Assembly (NCBI GenBank): GCA_963830915.1
Contig: CAWHOE010000064.1
Coordinates: forward strand, 32,001-96,000
Origin: a candidate division FCPU426 bacterium
Lineage (GTDB): Bacteria; Oederibacteriota; Muellerivitia; Muellerivitales; Muellerivitaceae
Reading direction: 5' to 3'
DNA length: 64,000 nucleotides
Part shown: positions 41,242-50,207 of the stretch, one piece after another
Numbering within the stretch: the first letter of the stretch is position 1
How the letters are laid out: every line of letters begins with the position of its first letter
Position numbers and translations under genes: made by a program
Notes under the pieces: model-generated
Seen by the model: only the letters and a program-made list of their open reading frames with translations
Databases searched by the model: none
What the model was told of the DNA's origin: nothing

Positions 41242-41408
41242 AACCACCAAGACACCAAGGCACCTAGTGATCTTAATCGTGGAACAAACTCGTCATAAAG
41301 AAACTTTGTCGATATTTTGAAATAATCCCATTAAATCCAAAAAATGTTCCTATTTTCAAAACAAATCGTTGATCAAGCCTTTCTTTGTGCCTTGGTGTCT
41401 TGGTGGTT
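41242..41408. mobile_element. MITE-like element with perfect 22-bp terminal inverted repeats
   Basis: AACCACCAAGACACCAAGGCAC ... GTGCCTTGGTGTCTTGGTGGTT around an AT-rich non-coding core. Confidence 0.65.
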
Positions 41409-41439
41409 GATCGATTTTCTGTCTGAAAGGAGAAGGTAA

Positions 41440-41652
41440 ATGGGTGGATGGTCCTGTCCTTATCAAACCAAGGACATGCAATGCCAAAGGGTGAAGATCG
41501 AATGCGATCCGGGCATGAAAGGTTGCGTGCTACGGGGCAAGGTGGTTTCGCCGAGGATGATCCGCCTCTTGATCCCCCTAAAAAATCCTCCAAACCCCGA
41601 AAAACCAAAAGAAAACCCTCAAAGTAATCGGACCTTATTTCCCCCGATGTAA
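41440..41652 (+). CDS. Small four-cysteine protein
   Basis: AAGGAGAAGG RBS; C-x8-C-x6-CDPGMKGC; C-terminus may be frameshifted near 41547. Confidence 0.65.
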   Translation: MGGWSCPYQTKDMQCQRVKIECDPGMKGCVLRGKVVSPRMIRLLIPLKNPPNPEKPKENPQSNRTLFPPM

Positions 41653-41664
41653 TACAATTCCCCC

Positions 41665-42830
41665 GTGAAAAAAATACCCCAGGCCGTGCTCATCCTTGGA
41701 TTCGCCAGCCTCCTGACTGATGTCGCCAGCGAGGGCATCTACCCCGTCCTTCCCCTTTTCCTTTCCCAGGTCTTGGGCGCCGGCCCATTGGCTCTGGGCG
41801 TGATCGAGGGCGTGGCCGAAACCACCGCTTCCCTGTTGAAAGTTTTCTCTGGTTTTTGGGCCGATCGTCTGAAGAAACGCAAACCCCTTATCGTCCTGGG
41901 CTACGGTCTTTCCAGTTTCCTTCGCCCCTTGATCGGCATCGCCCAGACCTGGCCGATGGTGTTGTTCTTTCGATTCATGGACCGGGTCGGCAAGGGGATC
42001 CGTTCTTCGCCCAGGGACGCCCTCATCGCGGACGTCACCACACCCGCCAATCGGGGACTCTCCTATGGCATCCACAGCGCCATGGACAGCGCCGGCGCCC
42101 TGATGGGGCCCCTCATCGCGGCGACCTTGGTCTATTCCTTGAAAATGGGTTTCGAAAGATCATCCTTCTTTCCGCCATTCCCAGCCTGGCCGCCTGGCTG
42201 ACCCTTTGGCTTCTTAAGGAAAAATCCCGTTCCGCCCCCAAGAAAATCTCACCCTTCAATCCCTTGAGGGATTGGAAAAAATTGAACCTTTCCTTCAAGG
42301 GACTTCTAGCCATCCTTCTCATTTTCACTCTCGGGAATTCCACCGACGCGTTCCTGTTGATCCGCTTGTCTCAAGTCGGTGTGACCGCCGTTGGGGTCAT
42401 GGTGCTTTGGGCGTGTTTTAGCGGAGTGAAGATGATATCGGCTTATTACGGCGGTAAACTTTCTGACTCGTTGGGCCGCAAACCGCTCATCGTTTCCGGC
42501 TGGTTCTATTACGCCCTGGTCTACCTGGCTTTCGCCCTTGTGTCGGGAACCTTCGCCACCATCGCCATCTTCCTGGCCTACGGCGTCTATTACGGCCTCT
42601 GCGAACCCTCTGAAAAGGCCTTTGTGGCGGACCTGGTCCCGAAGGATCTCCGAGGAACCTCCTTCGGCTACTACAACCTGGTCATCGGGCTGGGCGCCCT
42701 TCCAGCCAGCCTGCTCTTCGGATCCATCGGCCAGCTTTGGGGCTACCCCGTCGCTTTCGCGGTAGGCGCTGGGCTGGCGGGCCTGGCCGCCAGCCTTTTA
42801 CTTTTCATCAAACCCCGTCGAACTTCTTGA
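41665..42830 (+). CDS. MFS transporter, frameshift near 42151
   Basis: LTDVASE, DRVGKGIRSSPRDALI, GKLSDSLGRK; one extra T joins the two ORFs. Confidence 0.88.
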
Positions 42831-42926
42831 TCCAAAAGCCAATAGTTCTTTCGATAAAAGGTCGGTAGGTTTCTTCGAAGAAATCTAGTAACTTTCTTTC
42901 CGCTTATCGTTGACGACACGACAAAT

Positions 42927-42942
42927 TATGAGGGTAGTCATA
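42927..42942 (+). promoter_or_regulatory. Crp/Fnr-type box 5
   Basis: TATGAGGGTAGTCATA, TAAGAT 21 nt downstream. Confidence 0.7.
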
Positions 42943-42999
42943 CTGACAAATTTTTTCGGTCCATAAGATGTAACAACTTTCAGGGGAGGAAGTCACACT

Positions 43000-43506
43000 A
43001 TGCAAGAAACCAACAGGACCGGTTCCGGGCCGGAAAATCCACGCCGCCGCACATTCCTGGTCGGCCTCATCAGCGTCATGGGAGGGTTCATCACCCTCGT
43101 CCTGGGCGGGTCGGGCCTTTTCTATTTCCTGTCGCCGGCCTGGCGCGGGAAAAAAGAGGACTGGGTCGAACTGGGCCCCGTCGCCAATCTCAAGGAGGAT
43201 GAACCTGTCAAGGTGGACTACCTCCAGCGCAAATCGGACGGTTGGGAAGTCATCGAAAGTCCCGATACCGTCTGGATCCTGAAGAGCAAGAATGACCTGG
43301 TTGCCTACGACCCCCATTGCACCCACCTGGGCTGTCACTACCGCTGGGATACGGATAAAGGCGCCTTCCTTTGCCCCTGCCATGGAGGCACCTTCAACAA
43401 ACAAGGCGAGGTGGTTTCCGGGCCTCCCCCCCGGCCCCTACGCCGCTTCACGACGAAAGTGGAGAATGGTTCGCTCTTCCTTCTCCCGGAGGATAAAAAA
43501 TCATGA
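43000..43506 (+). CDS. Rieske [2Fe-2S] subunit of a quinol:cytochrome c oxidoreductase
   Basis: Tat-like RRRTFL anchor, CTHLGC, CPCHG, GPPPRPL. Confidence 0.95.
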   Translation: MQETNRTGSGPENPRRRTFLVGLISVMGGFITLVLGGSGLFYFLSPAWRGKKEDWVELGPVANLKEDEPVKVDYLQRKSDGWEVIESPDTVWILKSKNDLVAYDPHCTHLGCHYRWDTDKGAFLCPCHGGTFNKQGEVVSGPPPRPLRRFTTKVENGSLFLLPEDKKS

Positions 43507-45131
43507 AAAAGATCCTCGATTGGCTCGATGAGCGTACCGGCTGGCGCAAGGTCAAGGAAGTGGTCCTGGACCGCCACGTTCCCCAGGGCATCGACTGGCG
43601 CTATACCTTCGGCAGTATCACCATCTTCTTCTTCGTGGTGCAGGTGGTTACCGGCATCCTGCTGGCGATGCATTATTCCCCTTCCCCGGACCACGCTTAT
43701 GATTCGGTGAAGTACCTTTCCACCAGCGTCCCCATGGGCAATTTCCTCAGGGGCCTGCACAAATGGGGCGCCACCGGCATGGTGGTATTCGTGTCCCTCC
43801 ATTTATTGCGGGTCTTTTTCATGGCTTCCTATAAGTACCCCCGGGAAGTCACCTGGTTCACCGGCGTGGCCCTCTTTTTCCTGGTCATCGGCTTCGGCTT
43901 CACCGGCTACCTGCTTCCCTGGGACCAGAAGGCCTACTGGGCCACCACGGTGGGCGCCAAGATGGTCGAGCAAGTCCCCTTCATCGGAGGGGCCCTTTCC
44001 CAGATCATGAAAGGCGGTACGGACCTGGGGGCCATCACCCTGGCCCGTTTCTACGCCATCCATGTGCTTGTTTTCCCGGCCATTGCCCTTCTCTTCTTAG
44101 GGCTTCATTTGTTCCTCGTGGTCTGGCATGGCATCTCCAACCCTCCTGAAAAGAACGACCCCCTCACGGGCCAGGAAGCGGACTGGAAACAACGCCTCAA
44201 GACCCATTACCAGGAACTCAAGGCCAAGGGACCGACCTTCTGGCCAGATATCATCTTCAAGGACACCACCGCCGCCTTCCTGGTCTTCCTCGCCCTCATT
44301 GGCATGGCCCTCTGGAAAGGCGCCCAGATGGAGGACTTGGCCAACCCCACCGATACCAACTACAACCCCCGGCCCGAGTGGTACTTCCTCTCGGTTTTCC
44401 AGATCCTGAAATATTTCCCGGGCAAGTCGGAGACTTTCGCCATTGTGCTTCTTCCGGCCATCGCGGTGCTGGTACTGGTCGCCCTGCCCTTCTTGGACCG
44501 AAGCCCCAAGCGCCATTTCAAGGACCGCAAGTGGCTGGTCCTGGCCGGATGGATGTCGGTCCTGGGCGTCGTGTTCTTCACCATCCAGGGCGCCCGCACC
44601 CCCCTGACCAACCCGGTCGTGGAAAAAGACCCCCTCATCACCGAGGGCAAGAGGCTCTTCGGCGACCTTCATTGCGTGTATTGCCACAGCTTGAACGGAC
44701 AGGGGGGGCAGGTCGGCCCGGCCCTGGACCAGGTGGGATTGCGCCGCAACCGCGATTGGCTGGCCGCCCACTTCCGCAATCCCAAGAAGGTCACCCCCGG
44801 CACCAAGATGCCCAATTTCAACCTGCTCGATTCTGAAGTCGAGGCGCTGGTGGCTTACATGAGCAGTCTGGGAGGCGGGACTTTCACGCCCCAGGCTCCC
44901 CGTTTGTTCGAGGATAACTGTTCCTCTTGCCATAAGTTCCATGGGGTGGGCGAAGAGATCGCCACGGACCTTTCCCACATCGGGGAAGCCCGGGACGCGG
45001 CCTATATCGCCGCCTACATCAAGAACCCGACCAAGCTGAACCCGGATGGGGCCATGCAGGCCTTTGACGGCCAGTTGACGGACGCCCAGATCAACGATCT
45101 GGCCCAGTACCTGTACCAACAGGGGAAATAA
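43503..45131 (+). CDS. Cytochrome b (b6 plus subunit-IV parts) fused to two c-type cytochrome domains
   Basis: Heme-b histidines, GYLLPWDQ, PEWY, then CVYCH and CSSCH. Confidence 0.93.
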   Translation: MKKILDWLDERTGWRKVKEVVLDRHVPQGIDWRYTFGSITIFFFVVQVVTGILLAMHYSPSPDHAYDSVKYLSTSVPMGNFLRGLHKWGATGMVVFVSLHLLRVFFMASYKYPREVTWFTGVALFFLVIGFGFTGYLLPWDQKAYWATTVGAKMVEQVPFIGGALSQIMKGGTDLGAITLARFYAIHVLVFPAIALLFLGLHLFLVVWHGISNPPEKNDPLTGQEADWKQRLKTHYQELKAKGPTFWPDIIFKDTTAAFLVFLALIGMALWKGAQMEDLANPTDTNYNPRPEWYFLSVFQILKYFPGKSETFAIVLLPAIAVLVLVALPFLDRSPKRHFKDRKWLVLAGWMSVLGVVFFTIQGARTPLTNPVVEKDPLITEGKRLFGDLHCVYCHSLNGQGGQVGPALDQVGLRRNRDWLAAHFRNPKKVTPGTKMPNFNLLDSEVEALVAYMSSLGGGTFTPQAPRLFEDNCSSCHKFHGVGEEIATDLSHIGEARDAAYIAAYIKNPTKLNPDGAMQAFDGQLTDAQINDLAQYLYQQGK

Positions 45132-45150
45132 GACGGCAGGAGACTTCGGC

Positions 45151-45672
45151 ATGACATCCTTCGCTCCCCAAACCTTGCTGGAATTGAACCATATCCACCA
45201 ACAGATGGACGACCTGTTCGAGAAGCACCAGGTCGCCATCCTGAAGGGTGAATATACCCAGGCCAAGGCCATGCTGAAGGTCTTCGAGCGGGCGCTCATG
45301 AACCACATGAAGGAAGAGGACGAGATACTCCTACCTCTTTACCGGCAACGGGCGGCCCAGATCAGGGGCGGTGACGCGGATGTTTTCTCGGAAGAGCACA
45401 AGAAGATCACGGAGTGGATGAGCCGCCTCAACCTGAGGTCATCCCGCTTGAGCCGAAGCGATTCCAACTGGAAAGAGATCATCGCCCTGCTGGACGACGA
45501 GGCCCAGTTCAAGAAGTATATGGAGCACCATTCAGTCCGGGAGGACCGCATCTTCTATCCCGAAGTGGACCGCGTCGTAGATGATAAGGAAAAGGCCCAG
45601 TTATTCAGGCTTTTGACCTTCTCCATTGATGAAGTCGACAATCCCCCTGCCGACTCTAAAAGCTCGTCTTAA
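45151..45672 (+). CDS. Hemerythrin-like (HHE) domain protein
   Basis: H...HMKEEDEILLP...EEH...HSVREDRIFYP. Confidence 0.85.
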   Translation: MTSFAPQTLLELNHIHQQMDDLFEKHQVAILKGEYTQAKAMLKVFERALMNHMKEEDEILLPLYRQRAAQIRGGDADVFSEEHKKITEWMSRLNLRSSRLSRSDSNWKEIIALLDDEAQFKKYMEHHSVREDRIFYPEVDRVVDDKEKAQLFRLLTFSIDEVDNPPADSKSSS

Positions 45673-45757
45673 ATCCTCTTAAAAAAACCTAATCCCATAG
45701 GAACAAATTCCTGATCGTCCCCTCTCTGAACCGACTGATTTTTCTTATGTCCTGGTT

Positions 45758-47674
45758 TTAGAAGGTCCAGGTCGTCCCCGCTTCCACATACCGTCCCGGC
45801 ATGGGCAAACCCTGGAGAGTGGCGTAAGTCTGGTTGAAAAGGTTGGTCCCGTTCAGGAACAGCCTCATGTTTCGGTCGACTTGCGCTCTTAACCCCGTGT
45901 TCCAGATCCAATAGGACAAGGTGGTGATGAGGGGAGGTTCCTCGTCATAGTCACCCTGGTAGAGGACCGGGTTATGTTCCACATATTGGGTATGGAAGTC
46001 CCATTCGACCCCGGGAGCGAAGTCGGACCCGAACCCGGCTGTGAATTTGACCCTCACCCGGTCCGGGATTAGTTCTTGGGTTTGTCGGTCCCGGGAATCG
46101 ACGAATAGAAAGTTCCCGTAAGGGGAAAACTCCGGGGCCGGTTCCCAACGCAGGTCCGCTTCCGCCCCCAGCAAGGCGGCCTGGGGGATATTCACGAATG
46201 TCCAGAATCCCGTGGCGTCCTGGGCCGGAGTGATGAGGTTGGTATAAAGGTCGGCGAATCCGTCCGCCTGAAGGGTCAAACCCTTCCATTTCAGGTTCGT
46301 CCCCACTTCCCAATTCATCGAGCTTTCGGGCGATAAGCCCGGATTGCCTGTTTCCCCAGCCCCGAATTCCTGGGGACTGCCTGGCGCGAAGGGGATGTTG
46401 GGGTGGAAAAGCTCGTCGAAAGTCCCCCGGCGGTAGCCCGTTCCGGCTTGGGCGTAGAGGGAAAGGCCCGGTTCCCATTCGTAGCGCAGGGTCCCAACGG
46501 GGTTGAAGACCGCCGTGTTGTAATTATTGAATGCGTCGAGCCTTCCGCTCCAGTCCAGCGTCAGCCCCGACACGGGTCGCAGGGTCCCCCGGGCGTCCAG
46601 GGAAAGCACGTTGTTCACTCGGGCGCCCCCGCCATCCAGCCCCTCGGTCCCCTGAACCTGTTCGGACCGGAATCCCAAACCCAGGGTCATGCCGCCGAAC
46701 CATCCGCTCTCCTTCAGCGACGCCGAGGCGGACCCGTCGAAAGTGTCATAGTTGTTCTGGTCCACGGGAGGAACCCCCGAGGCGTTGTCCGCCTGCAAGG
46801 GGCTCAAGCGGTACACATAGGCGTGGTCATAGGCGAAGGAGCTGTCCAGGGTCCAAATCCCCACCGGGTGCTCATCCCGAAGAACCATCCCGAAGGTTTG
46901 TTTTTGGCCCCGGTCGTCCGTGTCAAACTCGCCGATATCCTGGGCCGCCAGGCTGTCGCCGTTGGGGGCGCCCCCGTTCCGATAGGTGTATTGGGCCGTC
47001 AGGGACAGTCGACCCTGGCCCAATTGAACCAGGGAGCTATGGTCGATCTCGCCGGAAACCTGGTCGGTATTGACGGTGTACCCGTTGGTTTGGTTCCAGT
47101 TGCCCCCCAGGGAGCCCTCCCAGGGACCGGCTTTCCAGGTGCCGGTGGAGGCGCGAAGTACGTAGGTGCCGAAATCACCATAAGAGGCGCCGACCAATCC
47201 CTGGGAACCCTGGGTCTGGGTGAGTATGTTCAAGACCCCTCCGGTGGCGTCGGGGGCGTAGGCGAGCGCCCCGGGCCCCTTGATCAGCTCGATGCTTTGA
47301 ATGTCGTCCGTGGGCAAGGTACCCAGGTCGAACCCCTGGTCGACCCTTTGCCCGTTCACCAGGATGACCGTTTGGTTCGCGTCCCCTCCCCGGATCGAGG
47401 GTTGGCTGAAACTCTTGGCCCCGCCCAAGCCCTGGGATTCCACGGACGGGATATTATCCAGCAGGTCCCCCAATCGGCCGTCCGCGTCCAGCGATCCCAG
47501 GTCCTTCCCTTCCAATAGCTTGTTCCCCATTTTTTCCCCGTAAACGACCACTTCATTGATCTGGTAAACAGCCGGGCCTGTCGAGGGTGATGGGGTTGGG
47601 ATTTCCTGGGAATAAGCCCAGCGGCTGACCAGGATGAAAACGACAAAAAACCAATAACGCATTTCTTCCACCAA
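45758..47674 (-). CDS. TonB-dependent receptor (BtuB/CirA-like)
   Basis: TonB box EVVVYG, plug IELIKGP...GGVLNILT, NLFN..Y, C-terminal F. Confidence 0.9.
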   Translation of the reverse strand: MVEEMRYWFFVVFILVSRWAYSQEIPTPSPSTGPAVYQINEVVVYGEKMGNKLLEGKDLGSLDADGRLGDLLDNIPSVESQGLGGAKSFSQPSIRGGDANQTVILVNGQRVDQGFDLGTLPTDDIQSIELIKGPGALAYAPDATGGVLNILTQTQGSQGLVGASYGDFGTYVLRASTGTWKAGPWEGSLGGNWNQTNGYTVNTDQVSGEIDHSSLVQLGQGRLSLTAQYTYRNGGAPNGDSLAAQDIGEFDTDDRGQKQTFGMVLRDEHPVGIWTLDSSFAYDHAYVYRLSPLQADNASGVPPVDQNNYDTFDGSASASLKESGWFGGMTLGLGFRSEQVQGTEGLDGGGARVNNVLSLDARGTLRPVSGLTLDWSGRLDAFNNYNTAVFNPVGTLRYEWEPGLSLYAQAGTGYRRGTFDELFHPNIPFAPGSPQEFGAGETGNPGLSPESSMNWEVGTNLKWKGLTLQADGFADLYTNLITPAQDATGFWTFVNIPQAALLGAEADLRWEPAPEFSPYGNFLFVDSRDRQTQELIPDRVRVKFTAGFGSDFAPGVEWDFHTQYVEHNPVLYQGDYDEEPPLITTLSYWIWNTGLRAQVDRNMRLFLNGTNLFNQTYATLQGLPMPGRYVEAGTTWTF

Positions 47675-47848
47675 ATGGGATTTAACGACGGGAGATTATG
47701 GAACCAAAAGGATAAACCAAGGTTGAGGGAATGTTAAAAAAATCCGCCAATCCGAAGCCGCTCATTGGTTCAAGGTACGGTTTTGTCCCGAACGATCTTG
47801 ATCATCCTAGTCCCCAGGGAATATCGCCCTTTGGTCTGTTTCTCCCAC

Positions 47849-49837
47849 CTAAGAACGGGTCTTGGTAGGTACGGGCGTGGGGTCGGGGTTGGTCTGGGGC
47901 CGGGGGTTGAAGTCGGCCGGGATGGGATTGGGCAACCCCATCGTCTGGTCCACCGGAACGATACCGATCGCCTTCAAACCGAAGCCGCTTTTTTGCGGAA
48001 GCTCTCCCACGATAGTCTCAGGGATGGAGGCGTAGTCGGGCGGAAGGATCGAAACCGCCCCGCTGAGCCTGGCCGGGTCGAAGGCCGTCACCAGGTCGGA
48101 GACGTCCGGGGTCAAGGCGTCGTCCGGCCCCCAGTTATCCTGCCCCAGCTTCTTCTTGCCGAGTTTCCGGCCTTTCATCTCATCGGGCAGCTTGGCCAGG
48201 GGCGTGAGCCCGAAAACCGTATCCACGAACTTCACGACCGAACCATGGTCCCCCGTCTCATGCACGACCGAGTGGGCCCTGGCGTAGGGGGAGATGAGAA
48301 TGAAAGGGATCCGGGGACCGTCGTTGATGGCTTCCTTATCCGGACCGAAGACCCGCAGGGGCGGAGGCACGTGGTCATAGAACCCCCCTTCGTCGTCCCA
48401 GGCGATGATGATGGCGCAGTTATTCCAATACTGGCTGCTGGCGATGGTGTTGACGACCTTGGCCAACAAGGCCTCGCTGATCTGGGAATCCGAACCTCCC
48501 GGATGGTCGTCATCCCCCAGGTACTTTTTCTGGACCTCCGTGTCGGGGTCCGCTGGTTTCATACCTAAGAGGTTCCAGTGGCCTCCCTTCACGTAATAGA
48601 CGCCCCCATCGGGGGAAAGGGTTCCCTTGGCGAGGGCTGGCATGAATTCCTTCAGGTCATGGAGGCTTGAGGCCATAGCCGGGCTGTGGACGATGTACCC
48701 GAAATACTGCGGGCCGTTATGGTGGGTGACATAGGACATATGGACCCCCTCGGCGTCGGTCGGATCCTCGCCTCCCGGGGTGGGCTCGCCATAACCTTCC
48801 TGGTACCAACCCCAGGAAATGGGTTTGCTCCCTTTTTGGGTCAGGTAGGCCACGTCATCCCCCAGATCCTCCAGGTCGGAGTCCTTATCCGGGTCGGCGG
48901 AGGTCTGGCTTTCAGCCTCCGAACCAGCTAAGGAAAGCGGAAGGGTCGCGTAGGTCTGGTTGTAGGCGACCTCGTGCGCCTTGTCTTTATTCGCGAAGTC
49001 CTTCGGGTTCACGGGCATCTTGGGGTTGGACTTGTCCTCCGGAGAACCCCAGAAGGGATCGGAACTGTTCAGGACCGGCTCACCCGCGCCTTTCTTCCCA
49101 TAATCCTTTTCCATTTCATCCGGATGGAGGGCGGCCTGGGTCTGACCGCTCTGGGCGGCGATGATGGACAGGTTGCCGGGCGTGGAGGGGCCGACCATCA
49201 GTTGGAAGAAACGGTCGAAAATGACGAATCGGTTGGCCCAGCGCCAGAGGAAGGGGATGGTCTGCCCATCTAGATGGGACATGGTGATCTCCCCGAATTG
49301 CTTGGCCTTTAGGTCGGGAAGGCCGTCCGGGACTTTTTTCATCTCTTCCGACAGGGCGAACTTGTCCATCAAGGGCTTGCCATCCGTCACATCCATCTTT
49401 TGGTCGATCAACAAGTGGCCGTGGCCCACGTCATCCAGGTCCGCGGCGTATTCTTTGGGCCCGATGAGAAAAGGCTGTAACTGGGAGGTAGTCCCGTCGG
49501 TGTTCTTGATGTCCTGGGTAAAACCTGGGGTCAGGCTGGCCGGGTGGGAATAAATGCCCTCCACGCCGGGGAAAGTGCCGAAGTAGGAATCGAACGAGCG
49601 GTTTTCCTGGTAAAGGATGAAGACGTATTTGACATTTTTTTGCAGGAGAGCGACCAACTGCTTCTTGCTGAGGTGTGGTTCCTTATCCTTGGGGACTTCG
49701 TAAGAGGCGACCTGGTCGTCACCCGTGGGGGGCAGGGATTGGACAACGGGTTTGGATTGGGCCGGGGAATTTAGTCCAAGAACCCCCAGAATTCCTAACG
49801 TGAAAAGAACGCTTAAGAAAGTTTGAAAAAATTTCAC
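47849..49837 (-). CDS. Secreted phosphoesterase (phospholipase C / AcpA acid phosphatase family)
   Basis: QENRSFDSYFG, GPSTP, DDHP, WDDEGGFYDHVPPP, GPRIP; GTG start after a G-rich RBS (ORF track starts at 49876). Confidence 0.9.
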   Translation of the reverse strand: MKFFQTFLSVLFTLGILGVLGLNSPAQSKPVVQSLPPTGDDQVASYEVPKDKEPHLSKKQLVALLQKNVKYVFILYQENRSFDSYFGTFPGVEGIYSHPASLTPGFTQDIKNTDGTTSQLQPFLIGPKEYAADLDDVGHGHLLIDQKMDVTDGKPLMDKFALSEEMKKVPDGLPDLKAKQFGEITMSHLDGQTIPFLWRWANRFVIFDRFFQLMVGPSTPGNLSIIAAQSGQTQAALHPDEMEKDYGKKGAGEPVLNSSDPFWGSPEDKSNPKMPVNPKDFANKDKAHEVAYNQTYATLPLSLAGSEAESQTSADPDKDSDLEDLGDDVAYLTQKGSKPISWGWYQEGYGEPTPGGEDPTDAEGVHMSYVTHHNGPQYFGYIVHSPAMASSLHDLKEFMPALAKGTLSPDGGVYYVKGGHWNLLGMKPADPDTEVQKKYLGDDDHPGGSDSQISEALLAKVVNTIASSQYWNNCAIIIAWDDEGGFYDHVPPPLRVFGPDKEAINDGPRIPFILISPYARAHSVVHETGDHGSVVKFVDTVFGLTPLAKLPDEMKGRKLGKKKLGQDNWGPDDALTPDVSDLVTAFDPARLSGAVSILPPDYASIPETIVGELPQKSGFGLKAIGIVPVDQTMGLPNPIPADFNPRPQTNPDPTPVPTKTRS

Positions 49838-49957
49838 TTTTCCCCCCCCTTTTTTCATTTCAATGACTTTGACCACTCGGCGTTACCTCGGTGTTAACGA
49901 TTCATATCCTGATGGTTGCGATTGGATTAAGGAATCTTAATCCAAACCCTTTATGCA

Positions 49958-50193
49958 TATTCGCAAAGAGCACTTTAAGTTGAAATTTTGCCAATTCGCT
50001 GGTTGCACCCTCTCCCCCTCTGTGCTAAAGCACTATACTGTTCTCATTATTTTAATTTCATATGAGGAACAGCATGAAAGAGGGGAAACAAGGGGGAGTT
50101 AGCCTTGCTACACTGCTCCGAATAACGACTAATACCCCCTACCCCCCTTTTTCAAAGGGGGTACAACCATCTGTAAGATGTGCTTTGCGGATA
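49958..50193. repeat. Composite palindromic element, copy A (with 54-bp insert)
   Basis: TATTCGCAAA...TTTGCGGATA ends; CCCCCTTTTTCAAAGGGGG hairpin; homologous to 53991-54168 and 62473-62628. Confidence 0.75.
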
Positions 50194-50207
50194 GGCGATC
50201 GAGGTTT

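Noticed and set aside
44097..45308. 403-aa antisense ORF and similar long shadow ORFs (e.g. 20220-21227, 25780-26760, 46403-47518)
   Set aside because: They lie opposite well-supported genes and are expected from high GC3 codon bias; no motifs
47675..47848. Cobalamin riboswitch upstream of the BtuB-like receptor
   Set aside because: No B12-box or GGGAA core is recognisable and the spacer is short
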